IMG/VR virus record: IMGVR_UViG_3300037311_000490
Span: 1-44,860 of that record
Strand: one strand, 5' to 3'
DNA: 44,860 nt
Source of the DNA: a virus
Taxonomy: Duplodnaviria > Caudoviricetes
In this document: in pieces, positions 17,538 through 26,170 of the stretch
How the letters are laid out: each line of letters opens with the position of its first letter
Numbering within the stretch: the stretch's first letter is position 1
Notes under the pieces: model-generated
What the model was told of the DNA's origin: nothing
The model's input: only the letters and a program-made list of their open reading frames with translations
Database searches by the model: none
Position numbers and translations under genes: made by a program

Positions 17538-18798
17538 GCTGTTCGCCCGCGCGCCGGCCGAGGTGATCGAATACTTCGACCGGCGCGAAACGAAGGTCAG
17601 CTGGGGCTGGCGCGAACTCGCCGTCCATCAGCATGCAGTCGCCTTTACCGTGGCACGCACCGCCGGCTTCGACGTGATCGACGATCTGCGCGCTGCCGTG
17701 CGGCAGGCGGTGGTGGATAGGGTGCCGTTCGAGCAATTCCAGGCGGGGCTGGTGCCCACATTGCAGGCCAAGGGCTGGTGGGGAAAGCAGGTGGTGCCCG
17801 CCCCCGGTGGAGAAAAGGAGTTGGTGCAGCTCGGCTCCACGCGGCGGCTGCAGACGATCTACTGGGCTAACACCGCCTCGGCCCATGCCGCGGGCGAATG
17901 GGCGCGCACCCAAGCCGCCAAGGATGTGCTTCCGTACCTGCTCTATAAACGCTCCCTTTCGGAGCGCCGCCGCAGGGAGCACGAGGGCTGGGTGGGCATC
18001 TGCCTCCCCGTGGACGATGCCTGGTGGCGGACGCACTATCCGCCGAACGGCTGGCATTGCAAATGCCGGGTGGAGCAAGTCGGAGAGGGGACCTTCGAGC
18101 GGACGCCCGCAGGCCAGCGCCGGGCGCCGCCGCTCAATCCGCGTCTGTGGCTGGACAAGCGTACCGGCCGCAGCTGGCGCGTGCCCGAAGGCATCGATCC
18201 CGGCTGGCAACGTAACCCGGGGGTGACGCGCGAGGTCGTGGCAGCCGCTGAGCTGCGCCGCGCCGTACGACAGGCGGCCCGTCCGGATGCAGCGACAGCC
18301 GATCGCGTGGCCGCTGCCCGGCAGATCACCGCCGCCCTGCGCCGCACGCCCGAGGCGCGGGCGATCCTCGGCAATCAGCCGGACTGGCCCTACCCCTGGC
18401 CGGCGGATGCGGACGAGGCCGCCCGTGCATGGTGGCGTCTGCGGGCGCCGGTGGCGGCCCTGCCCGAGGCGCTCGCTGACGTGCTCGCAGTGCCGGCAGG
18501 CGCGGTGGTGGAGGTAACAGGGCACGACGCGCCAAAGATGCGGCGCAAGCACCAGATACAGATCGAGGATTATGATCTGCTGCAGGCCCTGTTAGACAAG
18601 CCTCGGGCTGTGGCGCCGAGTGGCGGCAAATGGCAAGTGGTGAGGGCGATCAAGGGGCGACGGCTCATTGGCATCCTCAAGGTAACGTCCGAAGGAGAAG
18701 TGTTTCTGAACAGCTTCCGGGCTCGCCTGTCGGATCGGCAATGGGCGAGCGTTATTGCTGCGGACGTGACAAACGGGGCTGACGAGGATATGGGTTGA
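17530..18798 (+). CDS. MuF (gp30) head morphogenesis protein with C-terminal PBECR-like extension
   Basis: AFTVA, LQAKGWWG, RLQTIY, YPPNGWHCKCRV, GIDPGWQRNPG; extra C-terminal region ending KH...EDYDLL...LKVTSEGEVFLNSFR. Confidence 0.88.
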   Translation: MTELFARAPAEVIEYFDRRETKVSWGWRELAVHQHAVAFTVARTAGFDVIDDLRAAVRQAVVDRVPFEQFQAGLVPTLQAKGWWGKQVVPAPGGEKELVQLGSTRRLQTIYWANTASAHAAGEWARTQAAKDVLPYLLYKRSLSERRRREHEGWVGICLPVDDAWWRTHYPPNGWHCKCRVEQVGEGTFERTPAGQRRAPPLNPRLWLDKRTGRSWRVPEGIDPGWQRNPGVTREVVAAAELRRAVRQAARPDAATADRVAAARQITAALRRTPEARAILGNQPDWPYPWPADADEAARAWWRLRAPVAALPEALADVLAVPAGAVVEVTGHDAPKMRRKHQIQIEDYDLLQALLDKPRAVAPSGGKWQVVRAIKGRRLIGILKVTSEGEVFLNSFRARLSDRQWASVIAADVTNGADEDMG

Positions 18799-19074
18799 GC
18801 GCGGTCGAGCCATTCGACGAACCGGCCCTGTGCCGTGAGGGAGTTTCGCCCCTCCGACCGCATCTTCCCCTCTCTTTCATCCGAGGCCCACAGAAGCCCG
18901 CTGGCGGCCGCCTGCCGCCGTGGCTACGCTGGTGGCGACCCGATCATTCGAACGCCGTCGAAGCCGTTCGACGGCCCGGCATTGCGCCCAGATTGCCATG
19001 CCCGAGCCCGCCGCCAGGCGGGCTGGACGGGCGGGGCGCGCCATGACAGCCTGAAGGCACCGCTACCCGACAGA

Positions 19075-19098
19075 GGGTGACGCGCATCACCGTGCCGG
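19075..19098 (+). promoter_or_regulatory. Late-promoter dyad, copy 2 (protease/capsid operon)
   Basis: GGGTGACGCGCATCACCGTGCCGG. Confidence 0.75.
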
Positions 19099-19127
19099 GC
19101 GTCGGCCGGCCCGGGCCAGATGCGGCC

Positions 19128-20102
19128 ATGACGCCGCCCCTTCTCCTCAGCCGTTGCGATGCCGGTACCGCGATCGATGCGGGTGCCCCGGCCTATGGCA
19201 CGCTGCTGTTCGAGCTGCCCTACCTGCAGGTCCAGGCGGTCGAGCCCGACGCTCCCGAGTGGATCAAGGTCGCCCCGACAGGCACTACGCGGACGCGGGA
19301 CGGCCGCACCTTCAGCTTTGATGCCGCGGCGTTGATCGCCGCCTTTGCCGCCGACGGCGTCGACCTCCCGGTGGACATCGGCCATGCCACCGAGCGCAAC
19401 GACGGTTATGCGGCACCCGCAGTGGCGTGGATCAACCGGCTGGAGCAGCGCGCGGAAGGGCTATTCGGACGCGTCGAATGGCTGGAGGCGGGCCTGTGGG
19501 CCCTGCGCTCCCGCGCCTATCGCTACGTTTCGCCTTCATTTTTCCACACGGCCGACGGCGCCGCCATCCGCATCAAGTCGGTGGGGCTCGTCACCACTCC
19601 AGCGCTCGGCATGCCTGCCGTCGCTTCCTGCCAGTCCTCCGGAGCCACACCCATGAAAGCGCTGCTCGCCGCCCTCGGCCTGCCCGAAACCGCCACCGAA
19701 CAGGAGGCGCTGACCAAGCTTTCAACGCTCACCCAGCCCCGGGCCGATATGGTGCCGGCCAGCCAGCTCGCCGCGATCAATACTCAGGTGACCTCGCTGC
19801 AGGCGGAGATCGCCCGCCGCGACGAGGAGGCTCTGACGGCTCGCTGCCAGGCGCTCGTGGATAAGGCGGTGACAGAGGGCAAGGTCGCCCCGGCCGCCAA
19901 GGATCATTACCTCGCTCTCGCCCGCGCCAGCTTCGAGGCATGCGAGGCGGCGCTCGCCGCCATGCCCGCGGTGTTGGCCGCCGGCGCGGCTGCCCAGACG
20001 CAGACAGATCCCAGTGCTGCTCCGGCGGCGCTGACCGAACAGCAGCGAGCAATCGCCGCTGCCTGCGGCCTCACCGCCGAGCAGTTTCTGGCGGCTGCCT
20101 GA
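19128..20102 (+). CDS. Mu gpI-like capsid maturation protease/scaffold
   Basis: PEWIKVAPTG, LPVDIGHA, APAVAWI, YRYVSPSF, SVGLVTTPAL. Start uncertain; the GTG at 19077 lies inside the regulatory dyad. Confidence 0.9.
   Translation: MTPPLLLSRCDAGTAIDAGAPAYGTLLFELPYLQVQAVEPDAPEWIKVAPTGTTRTRDGRTFSFDAAALIAAFAADGVDLPVDIGHATERNDGYAAPAVAWINRLEQRAEGLFGRVEWLEAGLWALRSRAYRYVSPSFFHTADGAAIRIKSVGLVTTPALGMPAVASCQSSGATPMKALLAALGLPETATEQEALTKLSTLTQPRADMVPASQLAAINTQVTSLQAEIARRDEEALTARCQALVDKAVTEGKVAPAAKDHYLALARASFEACEAALAAMPAVLAAGAAAQTQTDPSAAPAALTEQQRAIAAACGLTAEQFLAAA
19653..20102 (+). CDS. Putative nested in-frame scaffold protein (Mu gpZ-like)
   Basis: GGAG RBS before internal ATG (MKALLAALGLPETATEQEAL), just after the protease domain. 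Confidence 0.5.
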   Translation: MKALLAALGLPETATEQEALTKLSTLTQPRADMVPASQLAAINTQVTSLQAEIARRDEEALTARCQALVDKAVTEGKVAPAAKDHYLALARASFEACEAALAAMPAVLAAGAAAQTQTDPSAAPAALTEQQRAIAAACGLTAEQFLAAA

Positions 20103-20141
20103 GGGCCGCAGCCGCGTCATCCCTGAACCTGACACGAGGAA

Positions 20142-20552
20142 ATGCCGATGCCCCTGACCCGCGAGCGCGATACACAGCAGCGCCCCTATCCCGCCCAGCG
20201 GCGCTACCTGCCCGTCAAGGGGAGCACCACCATCATGAAGGGGGCGCTCGTCGTGCTGCAGGCCGGCTACGCCATTCCCGGGACGGAAGCGACGGCGTTG
20301 GTGGCGGTAGGCTGCGCGGCCGAAACCGTGACGAGCGGCACCGCCAACGGCAGCGCCATGGTCGCGGTGGACCGCGGCGTCTGGGGCTACGCCATCAAGG
20401 CCGACGATGCCGTAACGGTCGCCGATGTCGGCAAGACCGTCTTCGTGGTGGATGACCAAACCATTGGCAAGACGTCAGCCACGGACACCCGATCGCCGGC
20501 CGGCACCCTGTACGCCCTCGAAGGCACTGTGGCCTGGGTCGAGTTCGCCTGA
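20142..20552 (+). CDS. Putative head decoration/cement protein
   Basis: Between protease and capsid; beta-rich (ADVGKTVFVVDDQT); GAGGA RBS; start 20142 or 20148. Confidence 0.65.
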   Translation: MPMPLTRERDTQQRPYPAQRRYLPVKGSTTIMKGALVVLQAGYAIPGTEATALVAVGCAAETVTSGTANGSAMVAVDRGVWGYAIKADDAVTVADVGKTVFVVDDQTIGKTSATDTRSPAGTLYALEGTVAWVEFA

Positions 20553-20603
20553 TCCGGCCATCCCGGCCACCAAACACCTCGCCATCGCCGGCACGGAGCT
20601 CCC

Positions 20604-21497
20604 ATGCAGATCAACGCCACAAACATGACAGACCTCACTCGGTCCTATCGCAGCAACTTCAACACGGGCTTCTCGGAAGCGGCCAGCCAGTACATGCAGG
20701 TGGCCACAGTCGTGCCGAGCTCTGCCAAGGAGAACGTCTATCCGTGGCTGGGGCGTTTCCCCGGCATGCGCGAGTGGCTCGGCGAGCGCGTGATCAAGAA
20801 CGTCAGCACCCACCGCTACGCCCTCGCGAACCGGAAATGGGAAGAGACGATCTCCGTCGAGCGCGACGACATCGAGGACGACCAGTACGGCACCTATGCG
20901 CCGATGATGCAGGCCATGGGTGACGCCGCCGCCACGCAGCCCGACCAGCTGGTCTTTGGGGTGGTGAAGGCCGGCTTCACGAGCTTCTGCTTCGATGGCC
21001 AGTACTTCTTCGACACCGATCACCCGGTCAAGAATGCCGACGGTACCATGGGGTCGAAGAGCAACCTCTACGCCGGCGCGGCGCGCCCCTGGTACCTGCT
21101 GGACACAACCCGGCCGCTGAAGCCGTTCCTCTTTCAGGATCGCCGTCGGCCGGAGTTCATCGCCAAGGACAAGATCACGGACGACAACTATTTCCTGAAG
21201 GATCAGTACCTTTATGGCTCGTCCAGCCGGAACAACGCCGGCTACGGGTTCTGGCAGATGTGCTTTGCCTCGCGCGAAAGCTTCACCGAGGCCAACTTCG
21301 AGAAGGTGTTCACGGACATGTCCAGCCAAGTGGGTGACGAGGGCCGTCCGCTCGCCATCCGGCCCAACGTGCTGCTGGTGTCCACCCTGGACGAGATTGC
21401 CGCCGAGAAGATCCTCAAGGCTGTAGCCCGCACGGGTGGCGAGACCAACGTCAATCTGAACCGCGTGCGCATCATCACCTCGCCCTGGCTGCTCTGA
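20604..21497 (+). CDS. Major capsid protein (Mu gpT-like)
   Basis: YPWLGRFPGMREWLGER, VERDDIEDD, CFDGQYFFDTDHPV, AGYGFWQ. Confidence 0.95.
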   Translation: MQINATNMTDLTRSYRSNFNTGFSEAASQYMQVATVVPSSAKENVYPWLGRFPGMREWLGERVIKNVSTHRYALANRKWEETISVERDDIEDDQYGTYAPMMQAMGDAAATQPDQLVFGVVKAGFTSFCFDGQYFFDTDHPVKNADGTMGSKSNLYAGAARPWYLLDTTRPLKPFLFQDRRRPEFIAKDKITDDNYFLKDQYLYGSSSRNNAGYGFWQMCFASRESFTEANFEKVFTDMSSQVGDEGRPLAIRPNVLLVSTLDEIAAEKILKAVARTGGETNVNLNRVRIITSPWLL

Positions 21498-21514
21498 CCG
21501 CGTGTCTTTGCGTC

Positions 21515-21538
21515 GAGCTCCGGCCACGGCCGGAGCTC
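21515..21538. other. Perfect GC-rich inverted repeat after the capsid gene (mRNA-stabilising or attenuating hairpin)
   Basis: GAGCTCCGGCC-AC-GGCCGGAGCTC; no downstream U tract. Confidence 0.5.
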
Positions 21539-21579
21539 TGGCAAACGCACCAGCATAAAAGCACTTGCAGGAGAGCCGC

Positions 21580-21798
21580 ATGGCCAAGACCTCCCCAGCG
21601 CCAGGCGGCGCTGATGATCAGGATGTGACCACCGGGACAGGCATTCTGGTGGTGTCGACCCACCTCGAAGGTGGCCGCCGTCGCGCGGGTCGTCAGTTCG
21701 AGCGAGCGGCGGTGGAGATCAGCGTCTCGGATCTGTCGGATGCCGAAATCGCCGCCATCGAAGGCGACCCGGAACTCACCGTGAAGCGGCTTGGCTGA
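21580..21798 (+). CDS. Small head-associated protein (HI1506/Mu gp35-like)
   Basis: GRRRAGRQF...LSDAEIAAIEGDPELTV; AGGAG RBS. Confidence 0.7.
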   Translation: MAKTSPAPGGADDQDVTTGTGILVVSTHLEGGRRRAGRQFERAAVEISVSDLSDAEIAAIEGDPELTVKRLG

Positions 21799-21824
21799 GC
21801 GCGCCGACACCGGAGCAACCTGTT

Positions 21825-22286
21825 ATGACCGCCTACGCCACGCGCGCAGACATCGAGATCGTCTACGGGCAGCGCCATCTCGAAACGCTGGTCGCGAGCG
21901 ACCTCGACATCGACGTTGCGGTGGCGCGCGCGCTTGCCCTGGCCTCGGCCGAGATCGATCTGTACCTCGGCCAGCGCTACACTCTGCCGCTGCCCCGCGT
22001 GCCTGCGTTGCTGGTGGGCTGGTGCATCGACCTTGCCTGCTGGCGGCTGGCGCCCAGTCACCTCCAGATAACGGAGGAGATACGCAAGCGCGCTGACCGC
22101 GTCATGGCCATGCTGCGCGATATCGCGGCCGGCAAAACGCGCATCGACGAGCTGGAGCCACCCCCTGGCGGGGGCAGCGGCGGTGGCAGGGGCATTCCCG
22201 CGACCGAGACCGTCGAGGGCTCTGACGCTGGTGCCTGGTTCGGCGCCAATCGCCGCCGCTTCGGCGGCATGGGCGGTGGCCTGTGA
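21825..22286 (+). CDS. Head-tail adaptor (Mu gp36 / DUF1320)
   Basis: YATRADI, ASAEIDLYLGQRYTLPL, LRDIAAGK. Confidence 0.88.
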   Translation: MTAYATRADIEIVYGQRHLETLVASDLDIDVAVARALALASAEIDLYLGQRYTLPLPRVPALLVGWCIDLACWRLAPSHLQITEEIRKRADRVMAMLRDIAAGKTRIDELEPPPGGGSGGGRGIPATETVEGSDAGAWFGANRRRFGGMGGGL

Positions 22287-22762
22287 GCGGCGTCAGCATC
22301 CGCGTTGATGCGCGGGGCCTCGGTGGTGTCGAAGCCGCGCTCGCACGGCTGGCCCCGCTGGACGGTGTGGCGCTGCTGAACGGCCTTGCCCGACGCATTC
22401 AGGAACAAACGCGCCGGCGCATCGAAGACCTGAAGACGGCACCCGACGGCACGCTCTGGCCAGCCAACCGTGCCGGCACGCCGACCCTTTACCGGAGCGG
22501 CGCCCTCTCCCGCAGCATCGACTATGCAGTCCAGGGCGACCGGCTCATTGTCGGCTCGGGGCTGATCTATGCCGCCATTCACCAGTACGGCGGCACGATC
22601 CTGCCCAAGCGCGCCGGCGCGCTTGTGTTCAAGATCGGCGACCGGACCGTACGGGCCAAGCGCGTGCGTATCCCGCCGCGACCTTACCTCGGCTTGAGTG
22701 CAGGCGACGGCATCGAGCTGGTGGAGATCGTGGCCGCCTACATCCGGAGGCGACTGGCATGA
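22283..22762 (+). CDS. Virion morphogenesis protein (Mu gpG / P2 gpS-like)
   Basis: APDGTLWP, SGALSRSI, VGSGLIYAAIHQYGG, IPPRPYLGLS. Confidence 0.88.
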   Translation: MSGVSIRVDARGLGGVEAALARLAPLDGVALLNGLARRIQEQTRRRIEDLKTAPDGTLWPANRAGTPTLYRSGALSRSIDYAVQGDRLIVGSGLIYAAIHQYGGTILPKRAGALVFKIGDRTVRAKRVRIPPRPYLGLSAGDGIELVEIVAAYIRRRLA

Positions 22763-23313
22763 GCGCGGCGGTTCGCCTGGTCGGCTACCTCAATGCGGTC
22801 GCGACCCGTTTGAAAGACGGGGGCGTCTGCCCCGACGTGCAGGTGCACCTTGATCCCGTGGATCTCGATGCGTTGCTGACGCAGAGCGTTCGCGAGACGG
22901 CTTTGCGGGTCGTCTTCCTCGGGGCCACTGCCGCCCCCGGTCTGGATGGGGCGCAGGATCTGGACATCTCCGTCGCGATCGTCGCGGTAGCCGGTCGTGA
23001 GGGTCGAGCCGATCCCGCCATCGCCTCGGCCGACGTGCGCGTGCTGCAACTGCTTCTTGATGCCATGGCGCTGGTGGTCGCCGACCCTTACTTCGGCGAG
23101 GTGCGAGTGACGGCGGCGCGGACAGCTGGTCTGCGGGTGGCGGTGTCCGAGCGCTCGCCCGACAACAAGAGCGGTCTGGCCATTGCCCTGGTGGAGGTCA
23201 GCGCGCGCTTGCTGTCGCTGGTGCCAGCCTGGCCACAGCTCGACGCGGTGTTTGGCACCGTGCGGCCCGCCGCAAGCCCCATCACCATCGACGGCATGGA
23301 GGTGGCTCCATGA
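22759..23313 (+). CDS. Putative tail terminator/completion protein
   Basis: Synteny and coupling only. Confidence 0.5.
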   Translation: MSAAVRLVGYLNAVATRLKDGGVCPDVQVHLDPVDLDALLTQSVRETALRVVFLGATAAPGLDGAQDLDISVAIVAVAGREGRADPAIASADVRVLQLLLDAMALVVADPYFGEVRVTAARTAGLRVAVSERSPDNKSGLAIALVEVSARLLSLVPAWPQLDAVFGTVRPAASPITIDGMEVAP

Positions 23314-23891
23314 CACCGTTCGAGGCGCTGGTGGACGAGGTACGGGACCTGAAGAAGCAACTGGCGGGTGAACGTCTGCGAGCCAACCAGCGATTGCTGG
23401 AAGGGACTGTTCATCGTGTTCAGGGCGCGAAGGTGGAGGTGCTGATCTCCGATGATGGCGATGACGGGCCGATCCCCACGCCGCCCCTTCGTATGGCGGC
23501 GCACACAGGCAATGCCGGGCAGGGTGTCAGCGAGTTTTCCCGTATGGGCGTCGGCGAGGCGGTCCTCGTCGTCTCGCCCAATGGCAAGGTGGGCACCGGC
23601 TCCGTGGTGCTCCCGTGGGCAGATACGCAGGAGCATCCGGCGGCTGGCATCGCCGAGCAGGACGGCCGGGTGATCCAGCGCGGTAATGCCCGGCTGGATC
23701 TGCGCGACGGGCATATCCGCCTCAGCGTCGGCGGCAGCACCATCACCCTGATCGATGGCACCCTCACCATCGAGGCCGAAACCGTGCAGGTGAGGGGCAC
23801 CTACCTGCGCCACAACGCACGGTCCATCAGCGACACCCACGTCCATACCGATGTGGAGCCGGGCGGCAGTACGTCCGGTCCACCACTCTAG
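23310..23891 (+). CDS. Baseplate spike (P2 gpV-like)
   Basis: OB-fold region (VGEAVLVVSPNG), beta repeats, C-terminal HVH metal motif. Confidence 0.85.
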   Translation: MTPFEALVDEVRDLKKQLAGERLRANQRLLEGTVHRVQGAKVEVLISDDGDDGPIPTPPLRMAAHTGNAGQGVSEFSRMGVGEAVLVVSPNGKVGTGSVVLPWADTQEHPAAGIAEQDGRVIQRGNARLDLRDGHIRLSVGGSTITLIDGTLTIEAETVQVRGTYLRHNARSISDTHVHTDVEPGGSTSGPPL

Positions 23892-23900
23892 GAGGCCAAC

Positions 23901-24092
23901 ATGGACCATGAAATCAGAACGTACGCTGTCACTGAACCCACCACGCTGTTCGTGGCGGGTCAGCGTGTCGACAACGGGCAGGTGCGGCTCACGGCCGAGG
24001 CTGCCCGTTACGATCTGCTGGCCGGCGTGATCGTGGAGGCGCCAGCTGTCGAGGAGCGTTCGAAGGCTCGCCGCACGGCCATCGAAGGCTGA
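23901..24092 (+). CDS. Hypothetical protein
   Basis: GGAGG RBS; VRLTAEAARY motif between gpV and gpW. Confidence 0.65.
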   Translation: MDHEIRTYAVTEPTTLFVAGQRVDNGQVRLTAEAARYDLLAGVIVEAPAVEERSKARRTAIEG

Positions 24093-24096
24093 TACG

Positions 24097-24471
24097 ATGG
24101 CCCGCTACGGCTTCGATCGGCGCACGGGCAGGCCACTGAGCGGCTGGGAGCATTGCGCCCAGTCGATCGAGGTGATCGTCACCACGGTGCTGGCAAGCCG
24201 GGGGATGCTGCGCGACTTCGGCTCGGCCGTGCGCGACCTGCAGGACCGAAACCCTGACCCTATGACGCTGATGGCGCTGTTCGTGGCGGTGGCTGAGGCG
24301 CTGCTGCGCTGGGAGCCAGGATACCGGCTCGCCAGTCTGCGGCCGGAGCGCCTCGGCGTAGAAGGCGTGGGGGTGCTGGTGCTCGACGGCACGTTCTATG
24401 AGCGCGGACATCTCGGTGACTACAGCGGCGGCCAACCAGCGACTTATCGCAGTGGGAGGCTGGTCCTTTGA
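24097..24471 (+). CDS. Baseplate protein, gpW/gp25 family
   Basis: GFDRRTGRPLSGWEHCAQSI, RDFGS, ALLRWEP. Confidence 0.9.
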   Translation: MARYGFDRRTGRPLSGWEHCAQSIEVIVTTVLASRGMLRDFGSAVRDLQDRNPDPMTLMALFVAVAEALLRWEPGYRLASLRPERLGVEGVGVLVLDGTFYERGHLGDYSGGQPATYRSGRLVL

Positions 24472-25523
24472 CAACCATTGACCTCTCCCGCTTGCCACCG
24501 CCTGCCGCCATCACAACCTTCAATTACGAGGCGCTGCTCCAGCAACGCCTCCTCGATTTTCGGACTATCGCTGAGAAGTCGGGCTACCCGTATAATGTGG
24601 AGGGGCAGCGGACAGACCCCGTAGTGATCGGCGCCCAAGTTAGTGCGTACCACGAGCTGCTGCTGCGCCAGCGCGTCAACGACGCGGTGGCGGCCGTACT
24701 GGTGGCGTCGAGCGCGGGGAGTGATCTTGACCAGATCGCTGCCGATCTGAACGTGACGCGACTGTTGCTCGATCCGGGCGACCCTGCGGCATCGCCCCCG
24801 GTGCCAGAGGTGCGCGAGGACGATGCACGGCTGCGCGACCGGCGCATCCTTGCGGTCGGTGCCATGTCCGTGGGCGGGCCGCAAGATGCCTACGCTTACC
24901 ACGTGCTGTCCATGCGCGATGCAGACGACGTGGCGCTTGTATGGTCGGTGGGCGTCTACAGCCACGATGAGCGGCACCCGGTGACGGGCGGCCTGCGCAC
25001 GGTGACACAGAACGATTGGGTGGCAGAGCTGCGCGGCAGCACAGCTGGCCCGTGGCTTATCGCCAATGGCGACGGCACCTACAGCGTGCCACCCGGCCAT
25101 GTGCATGTGGTGGTCTTGCCCAATCCGGCGACAGCCGTGGCGGGAGCGCCCCTGCTGGCCGATGTATCGGCCACGGTGGGTTCAGAGCGCATCCGGCCGG
25201 TGGCTGACTATGTTCATACAATTGCGGCGTCGCTGGTGAACTACAGCATTGCCGTCACGGTTCATGTGCCGCGCGGGCCGGACAGGGAAGCTGTTCGAGC
25301 GGAGGCAGAGCGCCGCCTCGGGATTTACGCGGCGGATCAGACCGTCGTGGGCGGCGCGGTGGATACAACCATTATCGCGGCCGTGGCGGCCCTGACCGAC
25401 CAGACCGGCCGCGCGGTGGCGCGGGATGTGACCATCACGAGCCCGGTGGCCGATGTGGTGGCAGGCCCCTACGGCGCGCCGCGTTGCACGGGCATCACCG
25501 TGGACGTCGAGGTGGTGTCGTGA
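24468..25523 (+). CDS. Baseplate assembly protein J (P2 gpJ-like)
   Basis: IDLSRLPPP, ELLLRQRVND, GSDLDQIAA, EDDARLR, SVGGPQDAY, IRPVADYV. Confidence 0.9.
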   Translation: MTTIDLSRLPPPAAITTFNYEALLQQRLLDFRTIAEKSGYPYNVEGQRTDPVVIGAQVSAYHELLLRQRVNDAVAAVLVASSAGSDLDQIAADLNVTRLLLDPGDPAASPPVPEVREDDARLRDRRILAVGAMSVGGPQDAYAYHVLSMRDADDVALVWSVGVYSHDERHPVTGGLRTVTQNDWVAELRGSTAGPWLIANGDGTYSVPPGHVHVVVLPNPATAVAGAPLLADVSATVGSERIRPVADYVHTIAASLVNYSIAVTVHVPRGPDREAVRAEAERRLGIYAADQTVVGGAVDTTIIAAVAALTDQTGRAVARDVTITSPVADVVAGPYGAPRCTGITVDVEVVS

Positions 25524-26170
25524 GCGTCGCCACCGCGCGGTTCCTGCTGCCCAGCAACGCCACGCCGTTCGAGGTGGCGCTGGCGGCCGTGGATCAGCGG
25601 CTTGACGATCTGCCGGCCGAGATTGTCGTTGACGTGACGCGGCCGGACCGTTGCCCCGAGGCGCTGTTGCCGTATCTCGCCTGGCAGCGCCGGGTGCTGG
25701 TGTGGGACCCGGACTGGCCATTGAGTTTCCGCCGCAGCGTGGTGGCCGTAGCCTATGAGGTGGCGCGTCACGGCGGCACCATCTGGTCAATGCGCACGGC
25801 GCTTGCAGCCATAGGAATTCGGATCGATGTGGCGGAGTGGTGGCAGCAGACCCCGAAGGGCGCCCCCTACACGTTCCGGGTGATCTGTTACTCCGACCGC
25901 GCTCTCAGGCCGGGCCAGGCGCGGCTCCCGCCCGATGTGATGGCGCTGGCCACCGCCGTCGTGCGGGCCACGAAGCCTAAATCGCGATCCGTCATTGTTG
26001 GTGCCGGCGAGCGCTACGATGGGGTCTGGCACATAGGCCTGGGCCTCCTCGCCGAGACTGAGGTCACCATACAGCCGTTCAAAGTGCCGAGCCAGCCGAC
26101 TCTGGGCAGCGTCGTCGTGGGCGGCGGGGTGCTTATTGAGCGGTTGACGACCGTGGAGACAATGCAATGA
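25520..26170 (+). CDS. Tail protein I (P2 gpI-like)
   Basis: LLPSNATPFE, CPEALLPYLAW, EWWQ..PYTF. Confidence 0.9.
   Translation: MSVATARFLLPSNATPFEVALAAVDQRLDDLPAEIVVDVTRPDRCPEALLPYLAWQRRVLVWDPDWPLSFRRSVVAVAYEVARHGGTIWSMRTALAAIGIRIDVAEWWQQTPKGAPYTFRVICYSDRALRPGQARLPPDVMALATAVVRATKPKSRSVIVGAGERYDGVWHIGLGLLAETEVTIQPFKVPSQPTLGSVVVGGGVLIERLTTVETMQ

Noticed and set aside
18795-19080. ORFs 18795-19046 and 18835-19080 as immunity proteins for the MuF tail
   Set aside because: Pro/Arg-rich non-coding-like composition and no recognisable features. 18795 does overlap the MuF stop, so it cannot be fully excluded without expression data.
19077-19127. ORF-track N terminus MTRITVP on the protease, and the same start on ORF 35782-36009
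   Set aside because: Both are translations of the repeated regulatory dyad, not a shared protein motif.
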